From a virus: 64,000 nucleotides of DNA. Both the position numbers and the translations under genes were made by a program. The DNA lies in IMG/VR virus record IMGVR_UViG_3300022934_000003, one strand, 5' to 3'. Below are positions 10,030-19,660 of this stretch, piece after piece; the first letter of the stretch is position 1, and each line of letters opens with the position of its first letter. Below the pieces are notes generated by a model. It was not told where the DNA came from. It made no database searches and saw nothing but the letters and a program-made list of their open reading frames with translations.

Positions 10030-10712
10030 TTCTTTCTTTCCTTATACGCATCCATAAATTTTTGTGGAGCACTTAATTGAGATAAACTATTATATTCTTC
10101 TTTAGAAACAACATGAGTTTTAATTTCAACTTTTTTATCAGTCATAGGAAGTAAATATACCATTGCAGTGCCAACTTCAAAAAAGTAATTTTTACTTCGT
10201 TCTAAAAACATATTAATATGTGTTGAATGTTGATACTTATAATTTACAATACCTGGTGGAATTTGTAATGGTTGTTTATTAAAAGAATAAAAACCTTGTA
10301 TTTGACAAAAATTTACTCCAGTTTTTTCTTTTAATATCCAAGGAGATTTAATCTTAGCATGTACTAATGGATCAAATGCTCCTTGTAAATGATAATCTGG
10401 ATGTTGCTCCATGCCATAATTATATGGAGGAGACGGATATTTCCATTCATAAATTCCATCGTCATTTACTATAATACTTAAGTCTGCCCATAAAGGTAGA
10501 GCAAATGTATTATTAATTAAATCTCCAATTCCATCACATTTTTTAAATGTAGAAACTTTTAAATGATGATTATCTTCATCTATATTATGTACCGGTTTTA
10601 ATTTTTTAAACCAGTCTGGAAGATATTTTGATGTTTTTTCTATTGGATACTTTGCAATATTTTCATTGAAAGTAAATGCATCAACTACTATCTTTTTCTT
10701 TTTGAATATCAT
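10005..10712 (-). CDS. conserved phage hypothetical protein
   Basis: PDWFKKL...TFKKC...PLWAD...PPG pattern common in marine phages. Confidence 0.55.
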   Translation of the reverse strand: MIFKKKKIVVDAFTFNENIAKYPIEKTSKYLPDWFKKLKPVHNIDEDNHHLKVSTFKKCDGIGDLINNTFALPLWADLSIIVNDDGIYEWKYPSPPYNYGMEQHPDYHLQGAFDPLVHAKIKSPWILKEKTGVNFCQIQGFYSFNKQPLQIPPGIVNYKYQHSTHINMFLERSKNYFFEVGTAMVYLLPMTDKKVEIKTHVVSKEEYNSLSQLSAPQKFMDAYKERKKCPIYGNN

Positions 10713-10872
10713 CTATTTTACTAAGCTTCCAAGAAGTTTTCGTATCATCAATTGGTTCCCATTTTAAATTATCACCCCATGTCCAACCAAGTTCTTCCAA
10801 TACTTGTTCTTCTAATTCAAAATACAGGTTTCCTTCATTATCTTGTTGAATTTTCTGTGTAAACTTTCTCAT
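10681..10872 (-). CDS. AbrB/MazE-like small DNA-binding protein
   Basis: LYFELEEQVLEELGWTWGDNLKW. Confidence 0.55.
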   Translation of the reverse strand: MRKFTQKIQQDNEGNLYFELEEQVLEELGWTWGDNLKWEPIDDTKTSWKLSKIDDIQKEKDSS

Positions 10873-11063
10873 TACTTTTTCTTCTTCGCTCTATGCGCTT
10901 TGGCCCATTCATTTTGTGTGCGGGTTACTACTACTTCTTTTGTTTTATGACGACGCTCGCGGGCAGCTTCGTCTCTCTGCATTCTCGTGGATTTTGATTT
11001 ATCTTTTTCTAGATATTCTGGAATGTAATCTAAGTCTTCGTTGATTTCTGCTGATAAAATCAT
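10872..11063 (-). CDS. hypothetical basic protein
   Basis: 63 aa, AGGAG RBS, sigma70 promoter upstream. Confidence 0.55.
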   Translation of the reverse strand: MILSAEINEDLDYIPEYLEKDKSKSTRMQRDEAARERRHKTKEVVVTRTQNEWAKAHRAKKKK

Positions 11064-11098
11064 ATCTCCTCCTTATATTATTTGCAGTTTATATCTTT

Positions 11099-11127
11099 AT
11101 TATATACTATAATAATATAAATGTCAA
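11099..11127 (-). promoter_or_regulatory. sigma70-like early promoter
   Basis: TTGACA-N17-TATAAT. Confidence 0.7.
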
Positions 11128-11700
11128 CTATTTTTTCATCATTTCTGACATTTCATCAAAAAGCTGTGATGCGAAATCAAAACAAACTTTTGCTTCATCT
11201 GCCATATCATCATTTAATAGTTTTCTAAATTCTGAAATAAGGACTTTTGTATCTCCATTAAATTCGTACATCATACCTGAACCTGGAGTTTTGTTTTTGA
11301 TAATTTGACCACCATGCAATTCACCAAAATGACGCACATACATATGTGCTAATAGTCTCTCATTATCATTTGCTATTTCATTAATATAACTTTCATATTG
11401 ATCTACTGAAGGTGGGAACTTTCCGTTTGGTGAAAATCCGTATTCTGATTCAAGCTCACGAATATCTTGAAAGATACGATCAGATCTACGAATTGGATAA
11501 AGATGTTCTGGAATTTTACAGTGTTTTTCTAATACTTGATAATTTAAAAATTGGCATTGTAAAAATTTATAATAGATTTCTGTATCGATTGAGCCACTAA
11601 TAAGTTCTTTTGCAAAAGCTCTTCGCTCTGCTGATTGATGATGAGCCCATGTAAGCTCTTTAAGTTTACTTTGTTGACCTTCCACATTGTGCATATTCAT
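11128..11700 (-). CDS. heme oxygenase (HemO/Ho1-like)
   Basis: LKELTWAHHQSAE (proximal His), LLAHMYVRHFGELHGGQII. Confidence 0.9.
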   Translation of the reverse strand: MNMHNVEGQQSKLKELTWAHHQSAERRAFAKELISGSIDTEIYYKFLQCQFLNYQVLEKHCKIPEHLYPIRRSDRIFQDIRELESEYGFSPNGKFPPSVDQYESYINEIANDNERLLAHMYVRHFGELHGGQIIKNKTPGSGMMYEFNGDTKVLISEFRKLLNDDMADEAKVCFDFASQLFDEMSEMMKK

Positions 11701-11712
11701 TCTCCTTTAATA

Positions 11713-12384
11713 TTATTTATTCCATCGCCATGTTAATCTTGGAGAAATTAAATCTTTCATTTCAAACTCACTCCATTTGGCTACTTCTTTTTGTATTTTT
11801 AAATGTTCGGGTGTCATTTTTGTAGTATCTGTATAACTCCAATCAATTTCTGTAGTTTTAAGACCATATTGGGCACCTAATAATTTTATATATTCTTCTG
11901 AATCATGTATAGATAATGTACCTGGCGCGATTCTATTACAGTGTGCTACAATAGTTCCATTATCTTTAATTAACTCAGACATTATTTCTGTTTGTTTTTC
12001 TCCATCATTAGATTGAAATTGATACACGCCAAAATTAAAAATCCAATCTGCAGATTTGGGTTTAAAATAATTTAATGCATTATGTATATCATCTACAATA
12101 TCTACTTTAGGATGAGGTGTAATATCTATTCCAATAAGATTATCTATGTAATCTTTAAATAAATTTCCACCACAACCAAAATCAATTACTAAATCTGGTT
12201 TACTTGCTTGAACTTCTAATGCTAAGTCCAATCCAGACTTTTGTCGATATAATGCTAATTCTCTTTTGCGAAATTCTTCCTCGCAATTATATCTAGCAAT
12301 AATCTTTTCTAATGTATCTAAATCTCTACTTTTAAGCAAATTATTCTCCAAATGTAATTTGTTTAAATCTAAATTTACTATCAA
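11713..12384 (-). CDS. class I SAM methyltransferase (paralog family)
   Basis: VIDFGCGGNLFK...NLIGID; C-terminus PRLTWRWNK. Confidence 0.75.
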   Translation of the reverse strand: MIVNLDLNKLHLENNLLKSRDLDTLEKIIARYNCEEEFRKRELALYRQKSGLDLALEVQASKPDLVIDFGCGGNLFKDYIDNLIGIDITPHPKVDIVDDIHNALNYFKPKSADWIFNFGVYQFQSNDGEKQTEIMSELIKDNGTIVAHCNRIAPGTLSIHDSEEYIKLLGAQYGLKTTEIDWSYTDTTKMTPEHLKIQKEVAKWSEFEMKDLISPRLTWRWNK

Positions 12385-12862
12385 TAACTAATTTAATTAT
12401 TTTAACAATATCATCAGTATGCATTTTTTCTTTATCTGGAAATCTTCCTTCTACTCTTGGTGTATCAATTAATCCTGGTTTAAGTATACAAGTATTAAAA
12501 CCAATATTATATAATTGAGCATTAGCATGTTCAAGTGCTGCTTTCCAAGTAGAATAAGGACGGATTTCTTGTTTTTCCCCGTCAGAACTAATAGATCCCA
12601 TATTAATTATTTTACCTTTAAAATTATTTTTAGCAAGAAAATGTAATAAATCTATTTGATAATTTTTTTCGTGTGCATTATTAATAACAACATCAAATTC
12701 TAATAATTTATTATACCATGTTTTATCAGAAATATCATGCTCGTTTTGTCTTGAAAACCCAATCGCTAATGCATCGGCTTCATTAAGATAAGCTTGATAT
12801 ATGGCTTTTCCAATTCCTTCTGTATGTCCAGTTATTGCTATTTTCATTATATTCTTTCCCAA
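12341..12862 (-). CDS. short-chain dehydrogenase/reductase
   Basis: ITGHTEGIG, INNA, NMGS, YSTWK, PGLIDT. Confidence 0.85.
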   Translation of the reverse strand: MGKNIMKIAITGHTEGIGKAIYQAYLNEADALAIGFSRQNEHDISDKTWYNKLLEFDVVINNAHEKNYQIDLLHFLAKNNFKGKIINMGSISSDGEKQEIRPYSTWKAALEHANAQLYNIGFNTCILKPGLIDTPRVEGRFPDKEKMHTDDIVKIIKLVIDSKFRFKQITFGE

Positions 12863-13215
12863 GTATGTTCGCTTGTCAATTTAAAACTTCCATGATGTTC
12901 CATATTCCATCTTTCTGGTTCAATCATACTTAAAAATAAACCATCATTACTCATATACAAATGATAAGTTCTACCAACAACTGGATTAAAACTAAATTTA
13001 GAATTATAAACCATTTCAGTATCTTCTGCTAGTTGAGATAATCTAAAGTATTCTTTTTTTAATTCTTCAAAATGCGTTGTTAATTGATTTCTTGCATTTG
13101 CTCCTCGCTCTCTTTTCTTTGTTAGAACTGCAGGAACAGTAAACGCTGGCGCGCCAACATTAGTTGGATATTGTGTTAATCCTGGTGCATCCACTACGTT
13201 ATCTGGCTTTTTCAT
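12847..13215 (-). CDS. DUF2452-like protein
   Basis: YPTNVGAPAF, FNPVVGRTYHLY, FLSMIEPERW. Confidence 0.65.
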   Translation of the reverse strand: MKKPDNVVDAPGLTQYPTNVGAPAFTVPAVLTKKRERGANARNQLTTHFEELKKEYFRLSQLAEDTEMVYNSKFSFNPVVGRTYHLYMSNDGLFLSMIEPERWNMEHHGSFKLTSEHTWERI

Positions 13216-13682
13216 ATATTTCCAACTAAATGTAAACGATTCCCCTCGTCATTTCTACCATTAAATGCAGTATGCTTTTGTCTTGTATCTACTTCATATA
13301 AACTTCCATCAGCGGGCATATGAAATACTAAATCTTCAAATGCAAATTTACATTTTCGATGTGTTATGATTGGAATATGATATCTAAATGTACGATCTTT
13401 ATGCCAAGAATAACAAGTATGAGGCTTTAATATTAGTAATCTCGTCCTATATATTTTGTTTTCTTCTAATATTGAATTAATATATGGAATATCAAATAAT
13501 GGATATTTAAATGAATCTTCTGGATATTTTAAATTTTCAATTTTTCCTAAACATTCATTATAATCAGAATCTGGATTTATACCTTGTAAGCACAATTCTT
13601 TTTCAAAATATGGAAGAGTTTCTATCTCTTCTTTTATTTTATTTAAATCGTATTTTTTTATTATTTTACAATACTTATTCAT
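13212..13682 (-). CDS. Asp/Asn beta-hydroxylase-like Fe(II)/2OG oxygenase
   Basis: RLL.LKP, WHKD, RYHIPIIT, HTAFNG...RLHLV. Confidence 0.75.
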   Translation of the reverse strand: MNKYCKIIKKYDLNKIKEEIETLPYFEKELCLQGINPDSDYNECLGKIENLKYPEDSFKYPLFDIPYINSILEENKIYRTRLLILKPHTCYSWHKDRTFRYHIPIITHRKCKFAFEDLVFHMPADGSLYEVDTRQKHTAFNGRNDEGNRLHLVGNI

Positions 13683-15193
13683 GAGTATGTTGTAAGAGAT
13701 TTATCTCTCTTAATTCCATAAATTAGAATCATTAATGCGAATATTAAGCAACCTGTCATTATAGGATGCATACTCCATATAGGATTATTTATGTAGTTTC
13801 CATCCATAAAATATAGTTGTTGTATTTGAAAGAATGAACCTTCAAGTCTCTCTGCTAAGAAATATGCAATTAAAAATGCCGGACGACTAAATTCATATTT
13901 CTTCATATAGTAACCAAGTATACTAAAGAATGTGAGTAATGTTAAATCCTCCCACCAAGTTACATAATAATTAGCCGCTAATACAGACCATATTGTTAAT
14001 CCTGCCATTACAGGAACCCAATAGATTGGTTTTAAATAAACTATTTTTGATACTTGTCTTGCAAATAATAAGAGTACAATACCAGCGATTGCAGTACCTA
14101 ACATGTATCCCCAGTATAAATGATCTATAAATTGCTGATCTTCTACTAAAGCAACCGTGCCCATTTCAAAGCCTACATACATGAAAAGAGCCATGATAAT
14201 TGCAACACCACGATTGCCTGGAATACCAAATAAGAATGCAGGAAGAAGTGCTCCAGCTTTACCGGAATTATTTGCACCCTCACTGCCAATTACACCTTTA
14301 ATATTACCTTTACCAAATGGAATTTTTTCTTTTTTAGAAATAGCAGTTGTTGCAGTATATGCAGACCAATCTCCTATTCCTCCACCAGTTCCGGGTAATA
14401 CACCTACAATAAAACCAATAAGTGAACCTTGAAATGCAATCCACCCATGTTTAAATGTATCTTTAATGCCCTGCCAAGTTTGTTGATTATGATGTTTCTT
14501 ATCAATCTTAGAATATTCATTTTTATTTCTTAGAACTTCTAATAATTCTGGCATTGCAAATAAACCGGCGGTGACAATAACTATTGATACGCCATCAACT
14601 AGATATTCCCATCCACCAGTCCATCTTGGAGTCGAGTACATATCATAACCAATTAATCCTACAAACAAACCAAATGCTAATGCAATTAAACAACGTATTG
14701 CATAGCGAGTAGTAATAAGAGTAATAAGTGAGAAGGATAAAACAATCATACCAAATATTTCTGGTACACTTATATAATCACTAATCAGATTGTACATTGG
14801 AAACAAAGAGAATCCAACAACTCCAAACAATAATCCACCAAGTGTAGAAGTGGTTATTGCTGCTGACAATGCGTATGATGCTTTACCTTGTTTCGCGAGA
14901 GGGAAACCATCTACCATTGTCGCTGCGGTTCCATCAGCTCCTGGGATGCCAATGAGTACCGAAGCAAATGAATCGCCAATAGAACACGATACCATTACTG
15001 CAATTGCAAATAATACAAATAAGTATTCTGCTCCAGGAATATCAAATAATTGAACTAATCCAAAGAGTAGTATTAATGCTTTTGCTGGACCAGCAGAAGG
15101 TATTAGACCAATAAGAGATCCATATAATACTCCTGCTGTAATAATGATACCCCACTGCAAATACAGTGGGAGCGAAATGAGTGATTCAATCAT
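13679..15193 (-). CDS. tctA: tripartite tricarboxylate transporter permease TctA
   Basis: GSLIGLIP, SVLIGIPG...AATMVDGFPLAKQG, GVLPGTGG, SEGANN, FGIPG; many TM helices. Confidence 0.9.
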   Translation of the reverse strand: MIESLISLPLYLQWGIIITAGVLYGSLIGLIPSAGPAKALILLFGLVQLFDIPGAEYLFVLFAIAVMVSCSIGDSFASVLIGIPGADGTAATMVDGFPLAKQGKASYALSAAITTSTLGGLLFGVVGFSLFPMYNLISDYISVPEIFGMIVLSFSLITLITTRYAIRCLIALAFGLFVGLIGYDMYSTPRWTGGWEYLVDGVSIVIVTAGLFAMPELLEVLRNKNEYSKIDKKHHNQQTWQGIKDTFKHGWIAFQGSLIGFIVGVLPGTGGGIGDWSAYTATTAISKKEKIPFGKGNIKGVIGSEGANNSGKAGALLPAFLFGIPGNRGVAIIMALFMYVGFEMGTVALVEDQQFIDHLYWGYMLGTAIAGIVLLLFARQVSKIVYLKPIYWVPVMAGLTIWSVLAANYYVTWWEDLTLLTFFSILGYYMKKYEFSRPAFLIAYFLAERLEGSFFQIQQLYFMDGNYINNPIWSMHPIMTGCLIFALMILIYGIKRDKSLTTYS

Positions 15194-16236
15194 TACTTCT
15201 TAACGTCGTATCTGAACCAGTCTTTAGCGATTTTTAATAGATTTTTAGAATTTTCTTCTGTTTTAATACTAGTAATATATTCAGAGTGTGTTGATGCGTC
15301 TTTAGCACCTAACCAAGGATAGTTACCAAGTTTCTTTTGAAGTCTTGCGACAGCATCTTTATCTTCTAACATTTTACTAATTGCTTTATTCATATCATCT
15401 TTATATGGATTATCTTTATGAGTAAAGATTGCTTTTTGCAATCCATCACGATATGCTTGATTTAAACGATAAGCGTCATATACTTCACCAGAAGGATCTA
15501 CGCCATATTGAAGTTTATATGCTTCTTCAAATGTTTGCTTACCTTTTTCGTTATTCGGATCACCGTATTTTCCATTCTTATCAACAATACCATGTGAATA
15601 CCAAACTACATGAGTACCTGCTTTATATTGTCTTTCAGAAGCAGCTAAAGCAGAAGCCATCGTATCACGACTACCTTGTAGTAACTGATCATTAAATGCT
15701 TTACGTCTCACACCACCTTTTTTGAAACCACCGACTAAACGCATTTTCTTATTAACACATTGTAGGAAAGTATCAACCTTTGCAGATTTTTCTGGACCAC
15801 ATTCCATCATACCAACTGAAATCCAATCAGGACCAAACCCAGATCCACCATCAAGTGGGAATGTCATTACACCTTTACGATTAGCAACTTTCGAAATCCA
15901 CATTGATGAGTTCATTACGACCATTGCATCATATTTTGCATAATCGAAATCACCAACATTTTCCAGTAGGAAAGCTTCTGCATTACCACCGTGTGTAATA
16001 AGTAGTGTTGATTTATCTGTCGAAGAATACGACTTTAAAGATTTTTTACCACGAGCACCTGATACAAATCTTGGTACTAAAGTGTGGTCAGTATAGTTTT
16101 GAAGTTCTTTTACAACTGTATCACCCCATAGAGTGGTACCTTGTGCTCCAGGTTTAGATGGATATTGAACTTCGATTGTTGCTGCAGAAGCAGCTGTTGC
16201 GAAACAAATCGCAAAAAGCGCGATTAATTTTTTCAT
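15193..16236 (-). CDS. TctC/Bug-like periplasmic substrate-binding protein
   Basis: Signal peptide, VQYPSKPGAQGT, FVSGARG; adjacent to tctA. Confidence 0.65.
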   Translation of the reverse strand: MKKLIALFAICFATAASAATIEVQYPSKPGAQGTTLWGDTVVKELQNYTDHTLVPRFVSGARGKKSLKSYSSTDKSTLLITHGGNAEAFLLENVGDFDYAKYDAMVVMNSSMWISKVANRKGVMTFPLDGGSGFGPDWISVGMMECGPEKSAKVDTFLQCVNKKMRLVGGFKKGGVRRKAFNDQLLQGSRDTMASALAASERQYKAGTHVVWYSHGIVDKNGKYGDPNNEKGKQTFEEAYKLQYGVDPSGEVYDAYRLNQAYRDGLQKAIFTHKDNPYKDDMNKAISKMLEDKDAVARLQKKLGNYPWLGAKDASTHSEYITSIKTEENSKNLLKIAKDWFRYDVKK

Positions 16237-16248
16237 TATTTACCTCAT

Positions 16249-16893
16249 TCATATTTTTGTTACACTTATATAAACATCATCATGCTTATTATATTCAAAT
16301 GTGATTGCTTTTGAATAATCATAACCTCGTATATCTCTAAATGATTCAACAGCATCAAATAGTTTCCATTCAAGCTTATGTTTCTTAGCAAACATATCTA
16401 TATATGCATCTTCTTCGATTAAAAGTTTTTGCATAGTTTCACGATCTTTATACATCTCAACATAAGATGGATACTTATCGTCTTCGAAACTCATAATTGA
16501 GTCCCACCATTTAAAAGATTCTATTGGATCTCTTTTTATAAGAACCATATAGTCACCTTTAAAATTGTCCCAGATAAAATCTAAATTATTATTTCTTGCG
16601 AGTGCATGTGATTTAATAACTCGATAGCCTTCACCTGTAAATTCTTTATTAATCTCATCGAGAATATTTTCTTTTCCAACATCTTTGAGGTTAGTCCAAG
16701 AATGACCGCATGTCATTCCCGGACCCCAGTAAATACCTCTATGACCGTTGAATTTGTATCCTCTATCATTTGCTTTGTGAAAGAAGATACGATCTTCGGT
16801 TTCGTCGGTTTGATCACAAGGTAGACAGTGTCGAATACATATATCTATTCCACTCCATCTACTGCCTGGAATCCCACAAAACCAAATATTCAT
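16249..16893 (-). CDS. sulfotransferase-like P-loop protein
   Basis: FCGIPGSRWSG, VIKSH, IKRDPIES; paralog of 18977..19660. Confidence 0.5.
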   Translation of the reverse strand: MNIWFCGIPGSRWSGIDICIRHCLPCDQTDETEDRIFFHKANDRGYKFNGHRGIYWGPGMTCGHSWTNLKDVGKENILDEINKEFTGEGYRVIKSHALARNNNLDFIWDNFKGDYMVLIKRDPIESFKWWDSIMSFEDDKYPSYVEMYKDRETMQKLLIEEDAYIDMFAKKHKLEWKLFDAVESFRDIRGYDYSKAITFEYNKHDDVYISVTKI

Positions 16894-16912
16894 AATATAT
16901 TATACCATAGTT

Positions 16913-17776
16913 TTAAGCGAAAGAGAAATTATTTATCGCAATTTCATCCGCTACGTCATGCTCCTTGAATTGACCTCTTGCAACTGGCTTCCAGTTAAAG
17001 CTAGCATCTCTAAGAGTTTGCCATACTTTACCTTTTTCTTTCATCTTCTCATCAGAAGTATCAAAGCCATAAACTGAAGCACATCTCTCGGCACCTTCTT
17101 TAACAGCTGCAGTACCTTGGCAATTAATCCAAAACATTCTTTCCATCATTTGTGGAAGTACAGCCATTACTTTAGCCTGAGCTTCTTCAGTTGTAGCAAG
17201 TTGTTCAATAGTTCTTGCTCCAATTCTTGAGTGCATATACTCATCTTTAGAAATCTTTGCATAAGTTTTAGAAACGATTGGATCATCGATTGATGTAGCC
17301 ATTGCATTCCATACTCTTGCTGCTCTACCTTCTGCAACAAATTGGTATACTGCAGCCATTAGTTCATCTTTGTGACCACCAATTTCTTCGAATAGAGAAG
17401 CACCTTTTTCAGATACTTTAGACTTATCCATTTGCCATGCATATTCTTGCTCTAGTTCTTGATCAGTAAACTTATGTCCTGATAGATATTCGATTACGTT
17501 ACGAACCATATCGTAATGTTTAGCTTCATCATAGACTTGCTTTGATAAAAGCTTAAGTGTAGTAGGATCAGTTGAAGCAGGCTTTTCAACTAGTGCTTTA
17601 CCAATCTCTACGATGTTCATTCTTTCATTAAACATTCTACGTTTAAAATGAAAAATTGCCTCGTCCAAATCTGGATCGTTACGGAAATATGTTTGAGTTT
17701 GCTCTTCAGATGATTTATACAAAGGCTCAATATAATCTGCAACTTTTTGGACAAATTCTTTACCGGTCATTGTCAT
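16913..17776 (-). CDS. ferritin-like di-iron carboxylate enzyme
   Basis: E...DEAKH...E...DEYMH di-iron ligand pattern. Confidence 0.7.
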   Translation of the reverse strand: MTMTGKEFVQKVADYIEPLYKSSEEQTQTYFRNDPDLDEAIFHFKRRMFNERMNIVEIGKALVEKPASTDPTTLKLLSKQVYDEAKHYDMVRNVIEYLSGHKFTDQELEQEYAWQMDKSKVSEKGASLFEEIGGHKDELMAAVYQFVAEGRAARVWNAMATSIDDPIVSKTYAKISKDEYMHSRIGARTIEQLATTEEAQAKVMAVLPQMMERMFWINCQGTAAVKEGAERCASVYGFDTSDEKMKEKGKVWQTLRDASFNWKPVARGQFKEHDVADEIAINNFSFA

Positions 17777-18332
17777 TTGTATTTACTCCTATATATTTTT
17801 TTATTTCGTCAGGTACCCAAAAATCTTCTTCTCTTTCTGGATGCCAAACAACGGCCATTACGTTACCTTTAATCCAAGATTCTATATGACCATCTTCATC
17901 TCTTACCAAAACTTCAGAATCTTCAGGTTCTTTAACTATAGTAGAACCATGATATGAATTTATTGTTCTACTAGTATATTTATATGTTATTTTATGTCTT
18001 GTTCTTCTATGACCTTCTATATCTATTAATTTGCCATCCATTAATTGAGTTAATAAAAAAGCTCCGTGGCAAATACCTAATATTGGTTTATTAAGTAATC
18101 TAAAATGTTTTAAAGCATCTATCTCAGTAATTATTCTTTGTGGTGTATCATTTCCACCTGATAAAACTAATAAATCATGCTCTTTTGCTAATTTTTTATA
18201 ACTATTTTTTCTATTTAATAAAGCAGTGATATCATGATCTCTAAACATTTGATAAAATCCATGTTCGATGGCATCAAATGTAAAGTCTGGATTTATTCCG
18301 GGTAGTATTGTACTAGAAATTAATACTTTCAT
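17760..18332 (-). CDS. class I glutamine amidotransferase (PuuD/C26-like)
   Basis: LSGGND, PILGICHG, NSYH, WHPE. Confidence 0.85.
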   Translation of the reverse strand: MKVLISSTILPGINPDFTFDAIEHGFYQMFRDHDITALLNRKNSYKKLAKEHDLLVLSGGNDTPQRIITEIDALKHFRLLNKPILGICHGAFLLTQLMDGKLIDIEGHRRTRHKITYKYTSRTINSYHGSTIVKEPEDSEVLVRDEDGHIESWIKGNVMAVVWHPEREEDFWVPDEIKKYIGVNTNDNDR

Positions 18333-18967
18333 TATAAACCGTTTTTAATAATTTCCCATGTTTTTTCCGTTGCTTCGCCTGTAATTTGCAATGCTGGTCT
18401 AGCAATCCAAGATGCGTTTGCAGTAGAATGAGGAGTAGTATTAAATTCCCAATGAAAGACTGTACCTTTTTTCCATTGAGTATAAGTTCTATTACCAAAC
18501 TGGGCCATTTGTCCAGGCTCCCAATCTGCAAGCATTACTAAGAATCTTACTCTATTATCTAAATGTTCTTTTGCATATACTTTTTCTTTATCTGGCATGT
18601 CTGGAAAATTATCTACATGTTCCATTAAAATATGACCAGGTAATTGATCATTGAATTTAAATTTTGTGTCACCAACTAAATGGAATAAATCAAAAATAAG
18701 ATGAAACTTTGGAAATTCTTCGAATGTTTTTAATTCAAGTTTACTAAACATTTTAGTATTAGCACCAACTTCATCTTTTAATTTTTCTTTAATCTCAGGA
18801 TAAACTTCATAAATTCCACGAGCACTATACCATTTTTCTTTTGGATTTTTACTTCTAGCTTTTGCGATTTCATCTTCTAAATCATAATCAAGCACACCAA
18901 GAATTTTAGAGTGTCGTCCTTCTGGATCTTCTTTCCACTTATCATAATGATATTTTTCTAATTGCAT
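18332..18967 (-). CDS. Fe(II)/2OG-oxygenase-like protein
   Basis: QLPG..LMEHVD...L.DW.PGQ...W..G...PHSTANAS...R..LQITG. Confidence 0.6.
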   Translation of the reverse strand: MQLEKYHYDKWKEDPEGRHSKILGVLDYDLEDEIAKARSKNPKEKWYSARGIYEVYPEIKEKLKDEVGANTKMFSKLELKTFEEFPKFHLIFDLFHLVGDTKFKFNDQLPGHILMEHVDNFPDMPDKEKVYAKEHLDNRVRFLVMLADWEPGQMAQFGNRTYTQWKKGTVFHWEFNTTPHSTANASWIARPALQITGEATEKTWEIIKNGL

Positions 18968-18976
18968 GCGTATTTC

Positions 18977-19660
18977 CTAAATATGTGTAATACTATTTAT
19001 TCCGCGATATAAAACAGGCCAAAGTGTTTTATCTTCTTCTTTTCTTAATTTATGATGATATGTTTTATTCTTTGGTAAATAATCTTTCCATTCAGGCCAA
19101 TTTTCATCTATCCAATCAGGCATATCCCAAAGATTATAATTCATTTGTAGATTATTTTCTTTAATGAATTTTTCCATACATTCATTCTCAATAAAGATTT
19201 GACGTCTCATATTTGATGTATTTCCATACCAATGATATTGTGGATATTGAATATCCCAACCACCAGATTCTAACCACCAATTTAATGACATTTGTGGTTC
19301 TCTCATCATCATTAATATATCAACTTCTGGTAAATTTTCTTTTATCCAATCTAATTGATAAGCAAACCAATGACATCTTACAAATCTAATTCCATCACCA
19401 TCAAATGCTCTATCAATTTCTTGCAATATAGCATCTCTCCCCATTAATGCTAATTGATCGAATCTTTCTCCATATTGATGATATGGTCCAAAGAATCTAT
19501 GATAATGTTCAGTACCATTACTTGGTGTATCTTGTAAATGAGGCATCCAACATGAATTATCAATTATATTAGAAGTTTCATTTCTTAAAATGTATTCAAG
19601 TCTTCCCCATCGAGATCCGGGTACACCTGTTATAAAAACTATTTTCTTTTCCATCGCCAT
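18977..19660 (-). CDS. sulfotransferase-like P-loop protein
   Basis: ITGVPGSRWG, VRCHWF, MREPQMS. Confidence 0.5.
   Translation of the reverse strand: MAMEKKIVFITGVPGSRWGRLEYILRNETSNIIDNSCWMPHLQDTPSNGTEHYHRFFGPYHQYGERFDQLALMGRDAILQEIDRAFDGDGIRFVRCHWFAYQLDWIKENLPEVDILMMMREPQMSLNWWLESGGWDIQYPQYHWYGNTSNMRRQIFIENECMEKFIKENNLQMNYNLWDMPDWIDENWPEWKDYLPKNKTYHHKLRKEEDKTLWPVLYRGINSITHI

Noticed and set aside
9328-11700. Cyanophage assignment based on the bilin genes
   Set aside because: No psbA/hli/petF in the window, and the other AMGs (TusE/DsrC, TTT, gp42, topo II) point elsewhere; not fully excluded from one window
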